A stretch of DNA of 40,638 nucleotides from Thermoplasmatota archaeon (GCA_029939595.1 JAOZSQ010000001.1:157084-197721); one strand, 5' to 3'; shown: positions 1 to 7,631, counted from the stretch's first letter. The notes: generated by a model not told the origin, from the letters alone. Program-made: numbers and translations.

Positions 1-67
1 TTTTGGTTCAACTTTTGGTTCAACTTTTGGTTCAACTTTTGGTTCAACTTTTGGTTCAACTTTTGGT
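1..67. repeat. 12-bp tandem repeat ttttggttcaac, about 5.6 copies; read on the minus strand it encodes (VEPK)n
   Basis: Perfect copies start at 1, 13, 25, 37 and 49, with a degenerate copy at 61-67. The reverse-complement codons GTT GAA CCA AAA are in frame with the CDS that starts at 243. Confidence 0.9.
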
Positions 68-243
68 GTTGCCTTTGATTTTGCTGCTGTTTTTGTTTTC
101 TTTTTGATGAAATATTTTGGAAATGCTTTTGCTAGATTATCGTCATTAATTTCTTCACCATGTTCAAAAACCAATTCGCCACGAGCAGTAGACAAAAATA
201 ATTTGCCACCTGTTGGGGATTTAACAATGTATGTATCTGCCAT
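1..243 (-). CDS. hypothetical Lys/Pro-rich protein, partial (N-terminus at 243, continues past the window start); contains a (VEPK)n repeat
   Basis: Minus-strand ATG at 243-241 preceded by an AGGA-type SD. The frame is open to position 1: MADTYIVKSPTGGKLFLSTARGELVFEHGEEINDDNLAKAFPKYFIKKKTKTAAKSKATPKVEPKVEPK... It is absent from the ORF track because it runs off the edge. Confidence 0.5.
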   Translation of the reverse strand, partial: MADTYIVKSPTGGKLFLSTARGELVFEHGEEINDDNLAKAFPKYFIKKKTKTAAKSKATPKVEPKVEPKVEPKVEPKVEPK

Positions 244-261
244 ATTATTCCTATTATTGAG

Positions 262-285
262 GGGGTTGCCCCGAAGAACAACCCC
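262..285 (-). terminator. GC-rich hairpin (GGGGTTG-N10-CAACCCC) immediately 3' of gene 32
   Basis: A 7-bp GC-rich stem in an AT-rich genome, lying between the gene 32 stop (292) and the next start (243). No clean U-run follows, so it may be a stability or processing element rather than an intrinsic terminator. Confidence 0.35.
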
Positions 286-291
286 AAATTA

Positions 292-1209
292 TTATTTTAA
301 GTTATCAAAAAATGCTTCATCCTCGTCAACATCTCCATTTGTAGATGCGGTTGCGGTTGCCTTTGCTGCCACCTTTTCTTCTTCAAAGAATTGGTTTTCG
401 TATGAATCTACATTTTCTTTAGTTACTGAATTTTCTGATGGTTGTGGATCACCTAAAATATTTCTCAATTTTTTTATTGTTGCATCATATTTTGGATAAT
501 TATTTTCATCAACAAATTCGCCTAAACTGTAAGTTTGTTTTAAATATTTTTCAATTTTTTTATCATCTCCACCCTGAAACGGAGCCTGATCATCAAATTT
601 ACAATCGTCATAACTGGTCATCTTTTCACCGTCAACTTCAACAGTTTTTAAAATCAAGTTGAAGTTCGCTCCATCATATAAATTAAATGGAACAAAAATC
701 TTTTGTGGTATTCCAGCTTTCTTTTGTTCTTCATCTTCAATCATAACCGATTGAAGTTTTTCCATTATCTTAATACCATATTTAAACAAAAACACTTTTC
801 CTTCGTTCTCAGGATTTGCTAGGTCTTTCACAACACAAATGTTGCTTACATATTTTTTAATTCGTTTTCTACTTCTAGCTGTATCTTTATCAGACTCCAA
901 TCCAGTATCCCAAAGTTCTTTGTTTTTATCACAAATAGGACAATCTTTTTTGAGAGTTGTCAAACAGTAATCAACATACCATTTTTTGGATGCCTTACCA
1001 ACAAAATATGGAAAGAAATGTTGGAAATATTCAGAGAATACCTCACCTTTTATGGTAGGTATGAACCGAATCACTGCAATTCCTTTACCTGATTTTTTGT
1101 CTTTTTCAACTTCCCAAAATCTTTCATCTTTGAAAGATTGTTTCTTGTTTGTGTTCTTGATATCTTCAACTGCTTTATCATAGTTAAAGTTAAACTTTCC
1201 TGCTGCCAT
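292..1209 (-). CDS. 32: single-stranded DNA-binding protein, T4 gp32 family
   Basis: It carries AVIRFIP, the CPICDKNKE Zn-binding element and PENEGKVFLFKYG with an acidic C-terminal tail, matching the T4 gp32 motifs AVIRFLP, CPVC and PENEGKVF. The track start at 1218 is GTG. The ATG at 1209 sits 6 nt after the SD GAGGTG, so 1209 is the more likely start. Confidence 0.85.
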   Translation of the reverse strand: MAAGKFNFNYDKAVEDIKNTNKKQSFKDERFWEVEKDKKSGKGIAVIRFIPTIKGEVFSEYFQHFFPYFVGKASKKWYVDYCLTTLKKDCPICDKNKELWDTGLESDKDTARSRKRIKKYVSNICVVKDLANPENEGKVFLFKYGIKIMEKLQSVMIEDEEQKKAGIPQKIFVPFNLYDGANFNLILKTVEVDGEKMTSYDDCKFDDQAPFQGGDDKKIEKYLKQTYSLGEFVDENNYPKYDATIKKLRNILGDPQPSENSVTKENVDSYENQFFEEEKVAAKATATASTNGDVDEDEAFFDNLK

Positions 1210-1220
1210 ATTTATCACCT

Positions 1221-1258
1221 CTTCAATTTACTCAATTAAATCAATTAAGATCAATTTA
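1221..1258 (-). promoter_or_regulatory. four tandem 9-10 nt repeats (AATTGA on the mRNA) in the gene 32 5' UTR; candidate translational operator
   Basis: Forward TCAATT occurs at 1223, 1232, 1241 and 1251, directly upstream of the gene 32 SD. This resembles the unstructured A/U-rich repeated operator that T4 gp32 uses for autoregulation. Confidence 0.35.
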
Positions 1259-1306
1259 TCCAAAGAAAAAACCTTTGTTCATTCTTCAATTAATCTTTTT
1301 AGTCAT

Positions 1307-1318
1307 CTCCCGAAGGAG
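1307..1318 (-). promoter_or_regulatory. CUCC-UUCG-GGAG tetraloop hairpin in the intergenic leader upstream of gene 32
   Basis: Forward ctcc cgaa ggag gives a UUCG tetraloop hairpin on the minus-strand mRNA. It lies between the stop of the 158-aa ORF and the gene 32 operator repeats. Confidence 0.3.
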
Positions 1319-1352
1319 TTTAGTTTAGGGATTAACCCAATTGGATGTGACT

Positions 1353-1829
1353 TCATCCAACACTAAGGGCGGTTTGCCAAGCTTTGCCATTTAATAAAAA
1401 CTCAAGGCAACCATCAAATGCTTTTGCTCTCCAACCCGTTAGTTCTATAAACATTCCATCTGATTCAAGTTTAAAAGAAGATTTATCTTCTATTAAAGTA
1501 TGAGTTACACACGTTTCTGGTGGAACCCAATCATCTGTTAATGTCCTTCCTATTATATTTACCGGTCCATTTGTATTTAGTATTTCCATTGCATGTTCAG
1601 AATTTAAAGCGAATGTTTTCTTGGATTTGGCTTTTACAATATTAAATCCGGTTCCGCCTCCAACAACATACTCTTTAGAAAATGGTTTGAAATCAATTTT
1701 CAAATTACCATAATCAGCATTAAACCCAAACACCACAACCTTTGCTTCATTCTCTTCAAATGAACCCTTGTCAAAAAGTTTTGGATTAAAAATTACAAAC
1801 AAATCTAATATATTATATTGCTTTTTCAT
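1353..1829 (-). CDS. hypothetical protein
   Basis: A 158-aa ORF with an ATG start and an AAGGA SD. It sits where T4 has gene 59, but no similarity was recognised. Confidence 0.55.
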   Translation of the reverse strand: MKKQYNILDLFVIFNPKLFDKGSFEENEAKVVVFGFNADYGNLKIDFKPFSKEYVVGGGTGFNIVKAKSKKTFALNSEHAMEILNTNGPVNIIGRTLTDDWVPPETCVTHTLIEDKSSFKLESDGMFIELTGWRAKAFDGCLEFLLNGKAWQTALSVG

Positions 1830-1846
1830 TTGTTCCTTTACTTTAT

Positions 1847-2110
1847 TTATGTTATAGCATTAACAATTTCATGTAACTTTTCTTTTACTATTAATGAAAA
1901 CCCCTCGTTTTGACCAGTATCAAAAAAATCTTCCGCTTGTTCTTCTAATCTTGATTCAGCCTCATTTATGTAATCAGATAACGAATTTTTTAATTCTCTT
2001 TTAACTTCTAAAAGTTTTTCTTCATACATTTGACCCATCTTGTCTTCAAAAACTGAAAGTTTAAGACCAATCAAATCATCTAATTTTTCTTCCATTTCGT
2101 CTATTGTCAT
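1847..2110 (-). CDS. hypothetical acidic coiled-coil protein (position and size reminiscent of T4 gp33, unverified)
   Basis: An 87-aa ORF with an ATG start and an AAGGAG SD. It is highly acidic. Confidence 0.5.
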   Translation of the reverse strand: MTIDEMEEKLDDLIGLKLSVFEDKMGQMYEEKLLEVKRELKNSLSDYINEAESRLEEQAEDFFDTGQNEGFSLIVKEKLHEIVNAIT

Positions 2111-2118
2111 AATCTCCT

Positions 2119-2233
2119 TTATCCTAAAGGTACAGGTATTGGAAGGTTTTTTGTCATATTTTTACTAATAAATTCAGCAGACACTTTCTCCTTTATTACA
2201 GGATGTAAGACATCTACAAGATCATCAATATCC
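2119..2233 (-). CDS. small hypothetical protein; the frame is open upstream to about 2325 behind a strong SD but has no canonical start
   Basis: The in-frame reading is GRFIILTGINLQIEQLKRDTGLSYIEVIIELGETKGMDIDDLVDVLHPVIKEKVSAEFISKNMTKNLPIPVPLG. The SD AAGGGAGG (forward 2338-2345) is followed only by ATT codons. The first ATG is at 2233. Confidence 0.25.
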
Positions 2234-2399
2234 ATCCCTTTGGTCTCGCCCAATTCAATAATAACTTCAATATATGAAAGACCAGTATCTCGTTTTAGTT
2301 GTTCTATTTGTAGATTGATTCCAGTTAAAATAATAAACCTCCCTTAAAACTTTATCTTTTAATAGTAACACATTTAAATTGATTAAATCAACCCCCCAA

Positions 2400-2915
2400 C
2401 TATAATTTTAAGTTTAATGTTCCATATTTTTCAATTGTTGCATCAAGCCCATCTTTTCTGACTAATTCAAGAAATTCATTTGCAATTTTCTTTATTCTGT
2501 CTTTATCTTCTTTGTTTATGATACCATCACCGGTTAAATCTTGTTTAATAAGTATCCAATCAACCTTTCCATCATCATCACAATCCATACATGAAGCAAG
2601 TGTTTCACCTTTTTCATCCATAAAGGTTACAGCATCAATTGGCTGACCACCTTCTTCCATATCAATTGCCTTTTTAAGATAAATCTTAATTTCTGATTCT
2701 TTGTTAAGCATTGCTTCCGCTTTTTCTCTCATAACCTTTTCATCAACAGCATCAATTTTACCATCACCTGTAACATCTTGATTTGCTAAGACAACATCAA
2801 TTTTGCCATCGTCATTCGTATCAATACAAACAGCGATGACATTATTGTTTTTATCCATAAAGGTTACAACATCCTTATCTATATCACCAGAAACATCTGT
2901 CATTAGTGTTGTCAT
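2400..2915 (-). CDS. Ca-binding-like protein with a tandem internal duplication carrying four DxDxDG (EF-hand/dockerin-like) loops
   Basis: The loops are DTNDDGKID, DVTGDGKID, DCDDDGKVD and DLTGDGIIN. The two halves align as DVVTFMDKNNNVIAVCIDTNDDGKIDVVLANQDVTGDGKID with DAVTFMDEKGETLASCMDCDDDGKVDWILIKQDLTGDGIIN. It has an ATG start and an AAGGA SD. Confidence 0.6.
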   Translation of the reverse strand: MTTLMTDVSGDIDKDVVTFMDKNNNVIAVCIDTNDDGKIDVVLANQDVTGDGKIDAVDEKVMREKAEAMLNKESEIKIYLKKAIDMEEGGQPIDAVTFMDEKGETLASCMDCDDDGKVDWILIKQDLTGDGIINKEDKDRIKKIANEFLELVRKDGLDATIEKYGTLNLKL

Positions 2916-2934
2916 ATTATTCCTTATATTAAAA

Positions 2935-3319
2935 TTATACTGTCATAACGTATTTCCATTTATCATTCGGTTGTGTATCTTTACCTAAACCCATTTTTTC
3001 TGCAAAGCTTTCTATGTGGTCCCGCATATCATAACGAGCATAATTATCTTCTGGTAAAGAGACAACAAGATAAGATGCAAAATCATAAATCGCACCCATT
3101 ACCAATGATGAAAATTGGGATTTAATTTTTTTCTTTGCTTCTGGAATATCGTTATACAATGTCTCATTGTTTTTAAATACATCTATTAATTCAACGAATT
3201 CTCCTTTATTGGTTCCTTCATCTTGTTCCCATACATGTATTCGTTCTCCTCCAACTTTTTTTTTCTATTTCTATTCGTTCTTTTGCAGCCGGAGTAGTTA
3301 TTTCTAATTTTGGTTTCAT
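2935..3319 (-). CDS. hypothetical protein interrupted by a frameshift at a 9-nt homopolymer (forward T9 at 3256-3264)
   Basis: An ATG at 3319 with an AAGGA SD gives MKPKLEITTPAAKERIEIEKK and then reaches the A9 run. With one fewer A the frame continues ...VGGERIHVWEQDEGTNKGEFVELIDVFKNNETLYNDIPEAKKK... into track ORF 2935..3159, whose listed start is a TTG. Confidence 0.4.
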
Positions 3320-3480
3320 GTTATTTCCTTTTTAAAAATCGTTTTATAAAATCTCCTGATTGTTTGTAATTTAACAACCATTTATACAAAGCATTACCAC
3401 TCGGACTGTTCTTATCCAAGTAATAATACTTCATAATTTCTTTAATTTTTTCTTCCATAACCCCTTATAGAAAATAATGA

Positions 3481-3834
3481 TTAAATAGTTAGTCTCGCAA
3501 CCTTGAATCCACACATTTTTAACAAATTGAAAACTCCTTCTCTGGACACATTTACAATCCTTAATGAATCAACTGAATTTTCAACAATTTCTAAAGATTG
3601 AATAGCCACTTGATCAACCTGTATAATTTTAGTCATATCAATTTGAACATATTCAAGATATTGATCTTCTGTATTCGGAGGAGTTTTTATATTTAAACCC
3701 AATTCTGTTAACTCCTTCAAAAGTTCTGGCATTTCTCGTATTGAGAGAATAGGAACATTTGCAGTGATATTGAAATATTTCATATTTCCAGCATCATTTC
3801 TACTACAAGTAAAAGCACCTTCATCTTTTTTCAT
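3481..3834 (-). CDS. hypothetical protein
   Basis: A 117-aa ORF with an ATG start and a TAGGAGGT SD. Confidence 0.5.
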   Translation of the reverse strand: MKKDEGAFTCSRNDAGNMKYFNITANVPILSIREMPELLKELTELGLNIKTPPNTEDQYLEYVQIDMTKIIQVDQVAIQSLEIVENSVDSLRIVNVSREGVFNLLKMCGFKVARLTI

Positions 3835-3842
3835 ATAACCTC

Positions 3843-4958
3843 CTATAGTCCTAAAAATGTTTTACAATTTGTGTCTGACATTGCTTTGAATGTATCAACT
3901 CCGAACCAAGCTTCCATTACAGCCCTTTGATAATTATTATCTTGAATGGTTTCATCAAATGCAGTTGTCATATACCAATCAGAACCAAATAAAACTTTAT
4001 CTTTTATTTTAGGATCGGTTAATAAATGATCTCTAACAAAAATATTGCCTTTGTGATTAAAATCATAACTAGTATCACCAAGATTACAAGATACATCCGT
4101 ATAACAATTTGGGTATTGACGAAGCATATCAATCAAAATTTTTGCCCAACAATCATCTTCTGCATCACCATCATCAGTTCTTTTACCACCTAAATAATCA
4201 CAAAAATCTCCTGCTATATGAGCCAAGTCAATACGAAGATTTGGGAATTTTTCAAGTACAGGCTTGAAATTCTTGAGATACATGGTATAAACACAAGCAG
4301 TCATATCTGTCGTCCATGACCAGGACCACCAAGAAGGACAATCGCCTTGATAATGTTTTTTTAAATTGCTATGTTCAGGAGTTTCCCAACCAAATACACC
4401 AGCCTTTGAACCATGTGTAATAACTGGTTTATTGATGGATTGTAAATATTCATAAGCAGGGAATAATCTTTCGTCATTGGGAAAATAACCCAATTTGGGG
4501 TATATTTTGGCACCATAAAAACCATATTCTTCTATAGCCATTTTTAATTCACTTAAAAGGTTGGGGTTTCTAGGTTCTAAAAAAGCAAAGGGTAATGCTT
4601 CATTGGGATATTTATCTTTTATTTCTTTCAATTCTTGATATTGACCTTTCATATCTTGTGCTGGAGATCCACCTCCAACAAATCTAAAATCCATAGGCAA
4701 TAAAACAAATTTAGTACCATCAGGATAACATGATTTTAATTGTTCAAATATCGTTATTTGTTTTTCTTGATTTCCAGTTGTAACGAATGCTGCCACTTTA
4801 TCAAGTGAATCATTATCATTAAAAGGATTCATGTTGCGGAGCATCCATAATGCTGTATCCTTAAAATTTGGATCTTTAAACCAACTTGTGTTAAATCCAG
4901 GAATATAGTTTTCAGGAATAGCATTTAGTGTAAAACAATGTGAATGTATATTATACAT
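3843..4958 (-). CDS. metal-dependent TIM-barrel hydrolase, amidohydrolase-2 (PF04909)-like
   Basis: It has an N-terminal HSHC (HxH) motif, ITHGS, DLAHIAGD and a C-terminal LFGSDW, matching the amidohydrolase-2 metal-ligand pattern (HxH ... H ... H ... D). It is preceded by TATAAATA at 5017-5010. Confidence 0.6.
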   Translation of the reverse strand: MYNIHSHCFTLNAIPENYIPGFNTSWFKDPNFKDTALWMLRNMNPFNDNDSLDKVAAFVTTGNQEKQITIFEQLKSCYPDGTKFVLLPMDFRFVGGGSPAQDMKGQYQELKEIKDKYPNEALPFAFLEPRNPNLLSELKMAIEEYGFYGAKIYPKLGYFPNDERLFPAYEYLQSINKPVITHGSKAGVFGWETPEHSNLKKHYQGDCPSWWSWSWTTDMTACVYTMYLKNFKPVLEKFPNLRIDLAHIAGDFCDYLGGKRTDDGDAEDDCWAKILIDMLRQYPNCYTDVSCNLGDTSYDFNHKGNIFVRDHLLTDPKIKDKVLFGSDWYMTTAFDETIQDNNYQRAVMEAWFGVDTFKAMSDTNCKTFLGL

Positions 4959-5009
4959 AAAATCTTTTCTCCAAAAAGTTTATAAAAATTATTTTTTGTA
5001 ATTCTTGTA

Positions 5010-5017
5010 TATTTATA
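5010..5017 (-). promoter_or_regulatory. T4-type late promoter TATAAATA upstream of the amidohydrolase gene
   Basis: Forward tatttata gives TATAAATA on the minus strand, about 50 nt upstream of the ATG at 4958. The late sigma factor gp55 is encoded in this window. Confidence 0.4.
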
Positions 5018-5021
5018 TCAA

Positions 5022-7072
5022 TTAAACACCGAAACTTTTTAATTCGGTAGCAAGATCCTTCGCCCGTTGATCTAAACTATTAGCAGTTTCTAATATAGTA
5101 TCCATCCCCTCTGATACCTTTGTCATAGAAGACGCATTTTCCTCATTTCCTTGAGAAATATCATCGGTTGCTTGTTGAATTTCAGTTACTCCTATAGACT
5201 GCTCTTTCATTGATTTACTAACTTGAGATATGCCTTTGGTTATAATATCTACCATTTCAATTATCTGATGCATTGTCTCGCCAGTAGTTCTACTTATTTC
5301 GGTCCCTTGATAATATCATTAGAAGTTTCATCAATTAAACCTCTAATTTCTGTTACAGAAGTATTACTGCGTTCAGCTAAATTTCTTACTTCATCTGCCA
5401 CAACAGCAAATCCTTTACCAAAATCTCCTGCTTTGGCTGCTTCAATAGCTGCATTTAATGATAATAAATTGGTTTGATTGGCGATTTCAGTAATAACGCC
5501 AATAATCCCTTCAATTTTTTGGCTTCCTTCTCCAATCTTTTTCATTGCCTCTTCAGCGTTTATTTGATCTTCTTTACTAGAAGATGCTTTTTTATGAGCA
5601 TTTATTGCCGTTTTCTCAAGTTCTTCTGATTGTTTAGATGTATCGTTTATAGATTCAGCCATATTATCAACAGTCTTAGCAGTTTCTATAGAAGCAGCAG
5701 CACTACTTTCTATAGCTCCAGTAGCATGAGAAACAATTTCTTTTACTTCAGCTACTAATTCTTTCAATCTTCCAGAATATTCTTCCATTTTTGAAGCACT
5801 CAATCCAACCGATTCAGATAATCTTTGCAACATCTCTTTCACATTGTCTCTGGTATTAGCAAACCCCCTTGATATTTCACCTAATTCGCTACCCCAAGTT
5901 TTATAATGTTCTGGAACTCTTACATTGAAATCTTTCTTTCCTAATCCATCTATTGCTTGAGCGATTATTCTTATAGGTTTAGCAACTCTTCCACTTACAA
6001 AAAATATAGCGATTATACCGATTACAATTAATACAATTCCTGAAATTACTGCCATTCTTAAAACTGCATAGACATCTGCTAAAACTACTTCTTCGGATAC
6101 CATCATTCTAACCATCCAAGGATTAGGTTTACGAGATACATCAATAGAATCACCAAATTGTATAGGTACTACCACTTTTAAAAATCCATTTTCAAAAAAA
6201 GATATTGGTTTAGTTACTGCTTTAAATTTTTTAATATCTTCAACATCAGTTAATAATTTATTTACATTATCGGGTTTATCTTTATATCCCATTATAACAC
6301 CTTTATTACTCATAATAGTCATATGAGCATATCCTCTATAAGCATCTACATCATCAGCCATATGTTGAAGATAATCCAATTTTATATCTGTACCCGCCAA
6401 ACCATAAAACTTGTTTTTATAAATTATAGGTGCTATTGTACTTACTCCCACGATTTCTTTTCCTTGAACACTCCAAGGATAAGGTTCAGTTACAAATTGT
6501 CTTTTTGTTGTTCTTGGTGTTGTATACCAAGGCTTTGGGTTAGGATTATACTTCCAAGGTCTAATTCTATAACTACCCAATGTTCTAAATTTTATAGTAC
6601 CTTCTTCATTACGACTAAAATAAGGAACAAACCTACCTGTCTCATCCCACAAAGTATTTTTACATTTATTTGGTTTTCCATTTTTCAATGGACATTTATA
6701 CTTATTATCTTTTTTATCAAACGCATTTGGTTCCCAAGCAACAAAAAAACCTGTTAGAGTTTTCTCTTTTATCAAGACAGCTTTTATCATAGCCATTACT
6801 TTTTTCCTATCAAGTCCGACTTTATAATTGGTGCTAGGAATAACATACATTGTATCAGAAAATGCTTGTGATAAATCCAACGCCAAGTTTATTTCTTTTT
6901 TTACTTTTTCTGCTTCTGATGAAGCAAGTAATAACACTTTGCTTACAGCCAATTTTTTAGCTTCATCATACATTATATAACCAGAATATATGCTTAATAA
7001 AGCAACTGTTATTAATAAACATATTCCTGCTGAAAGTGCAATTTGAGTTTGTATTGATTTGAAAATATTCAT
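5022..7072 (-). CDS. methyl-accepting chemotaxis protein (TM, dCache_1-like sensor, TM, HAMP, MA signalling domain); reading frame broken near 5300
   Basis: The signalling-domain core [34 protein letters not shown] is present. The N-terminus has a TM helix followed by a double-Cache-like region and a second TM/HAMP segment. Track ORF 5294..7072 carries the sensor through the first half of the MA domain, and track ORF 5022..5273 carries the C-terminal MA half. The start at 7072 overlaps the upstream stop as ATGA. Confidence 0.8.
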
Positions 7073-7488
7073 GAGGTTCCTCTTTCTAGTTTTTTAATTT
7101 CTCTTGTCATCTGTTCTATTTCTTCTTTATAAAACTTTATTAGTATATCTCCTGTTTTTATATCCATCTGTTTCCAATCTTCCATGTTTAACATTGAAAC
7201 ATCTAATGAATACTCTTTTGACAGTTTTTCTTGTTTCTTTTTTAATTTTTTCTTCTCTTTTTCTAAATCTAAAGATTCCACTTCCCATTTTTTAGAAGAA
7301 ATGTTTTCATCTATCAAAACATTTGGGATATCTAAATTTTCAACACGAATTGATGCTACACCTTCATCTATTTTAAACCCAACGGTAAGGGTATCTCCTT
7401 TTTCTAAAATTATATATCTGTTCATTTCTCTCCGTATTTGTAAAAGTTCAGTCTCTAAAATACCATAGTTCTTTAGATATTTTATCAC
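7069..7488 (-). CDS. hypothetical protein translationally coupled to the MCP gene
   Basis: A 139-aa ORF. The track start is GTG. The first in-frame ATG is at about 7425 (M22), behind a GGAGAG SD. Its stop overlaps the MCP ATG. Confidence 0.5.
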   Translation of the reverse strand: MIKYLKNYGILETELLQIRREMNRYIILEKGDTLTVGFKIDEGVASIRVENLDIPNVLIDENISSKKWEVESLDLEKEKKKLKKKQEKLSKEYSLDVSMLNMEDWKQMDIKTGDILIKFYKEEIEQMTREIKKLERGTS

Positions 7489-7501
7489 TTTCTATTTTTT
7501 T

Positions 7502-7627
7502 TTAAAGATTTAATCTTCTTTCTCGTTCTTTCTTTTTTTTGAGTTCCAACTCTTTAAATCGCAACTCATCTTTCTCATTCCATTCTGGAACCATTTGCTC
7601 CCAAAAACCTGAACCTTTATCATACAT
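7502..7627 (-). CDS. small hypothetical basic protein (41 aa)
   Basis: An ATG lies 4 nt after the RNR stop, and the peptide is MYDKGSGFWEQMVPEWNEKDELRFKELELKKKKERERRLNL. It fills the RNR-to-7488 gap. Confidence 0.25.
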   Translation of the reverse strand: MYDKGSGFWEQMVPEWNEKDELRFKELELKKKKERERRLNL

Positions 7628-7631
7628 AATC

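Noticed and set aside
1-67. Possible CRISPR array at the tandem repeats
   Set aside because: The repeats are contiguous 12-mers with no spacers and lie in frame within a CDS. This is not a CRISPR architecture.
104-499. Plus-strand ORF of 131 aa (and 438..662, 986..1183) overlapping gene 32 and its downstream neighbour
   Set aside because: It is antisense to a well-supported gp32 homologue, has a TTG start, low-complexity translation and no SD. It is an AT-rich antisense artefact.
1847-1854. Near-match late promoter (CATAAATA on the minus strand) upstream of 1353..1829
   Set aside because: It is a 7/8 match only and lies inside the coding region of the upstream gene.
6323-6757. Plus-strand ORFs inside the MCP, RNR and other minus-strand genes (for example 6323..6757, 9235..9432, 10221..10562, 10697..11227, 24611..24895, 27881..28207)
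   Set aside because: They are fully embedded antisense to genes with clear homology, and their translations are Phe/Ile/Leu-rich low-complexity sequences typical of reading AT-rich DNA in the wrong frame.
7069-7488. PilZ or CheW-like identity for the protein coupled to the MCP
   Set aside because: An RxxxR (RREMNR) is present, but the D/NxSxxG element is not at the right spacing, and there is no CheW-like sequence. Similarity is insufficient.
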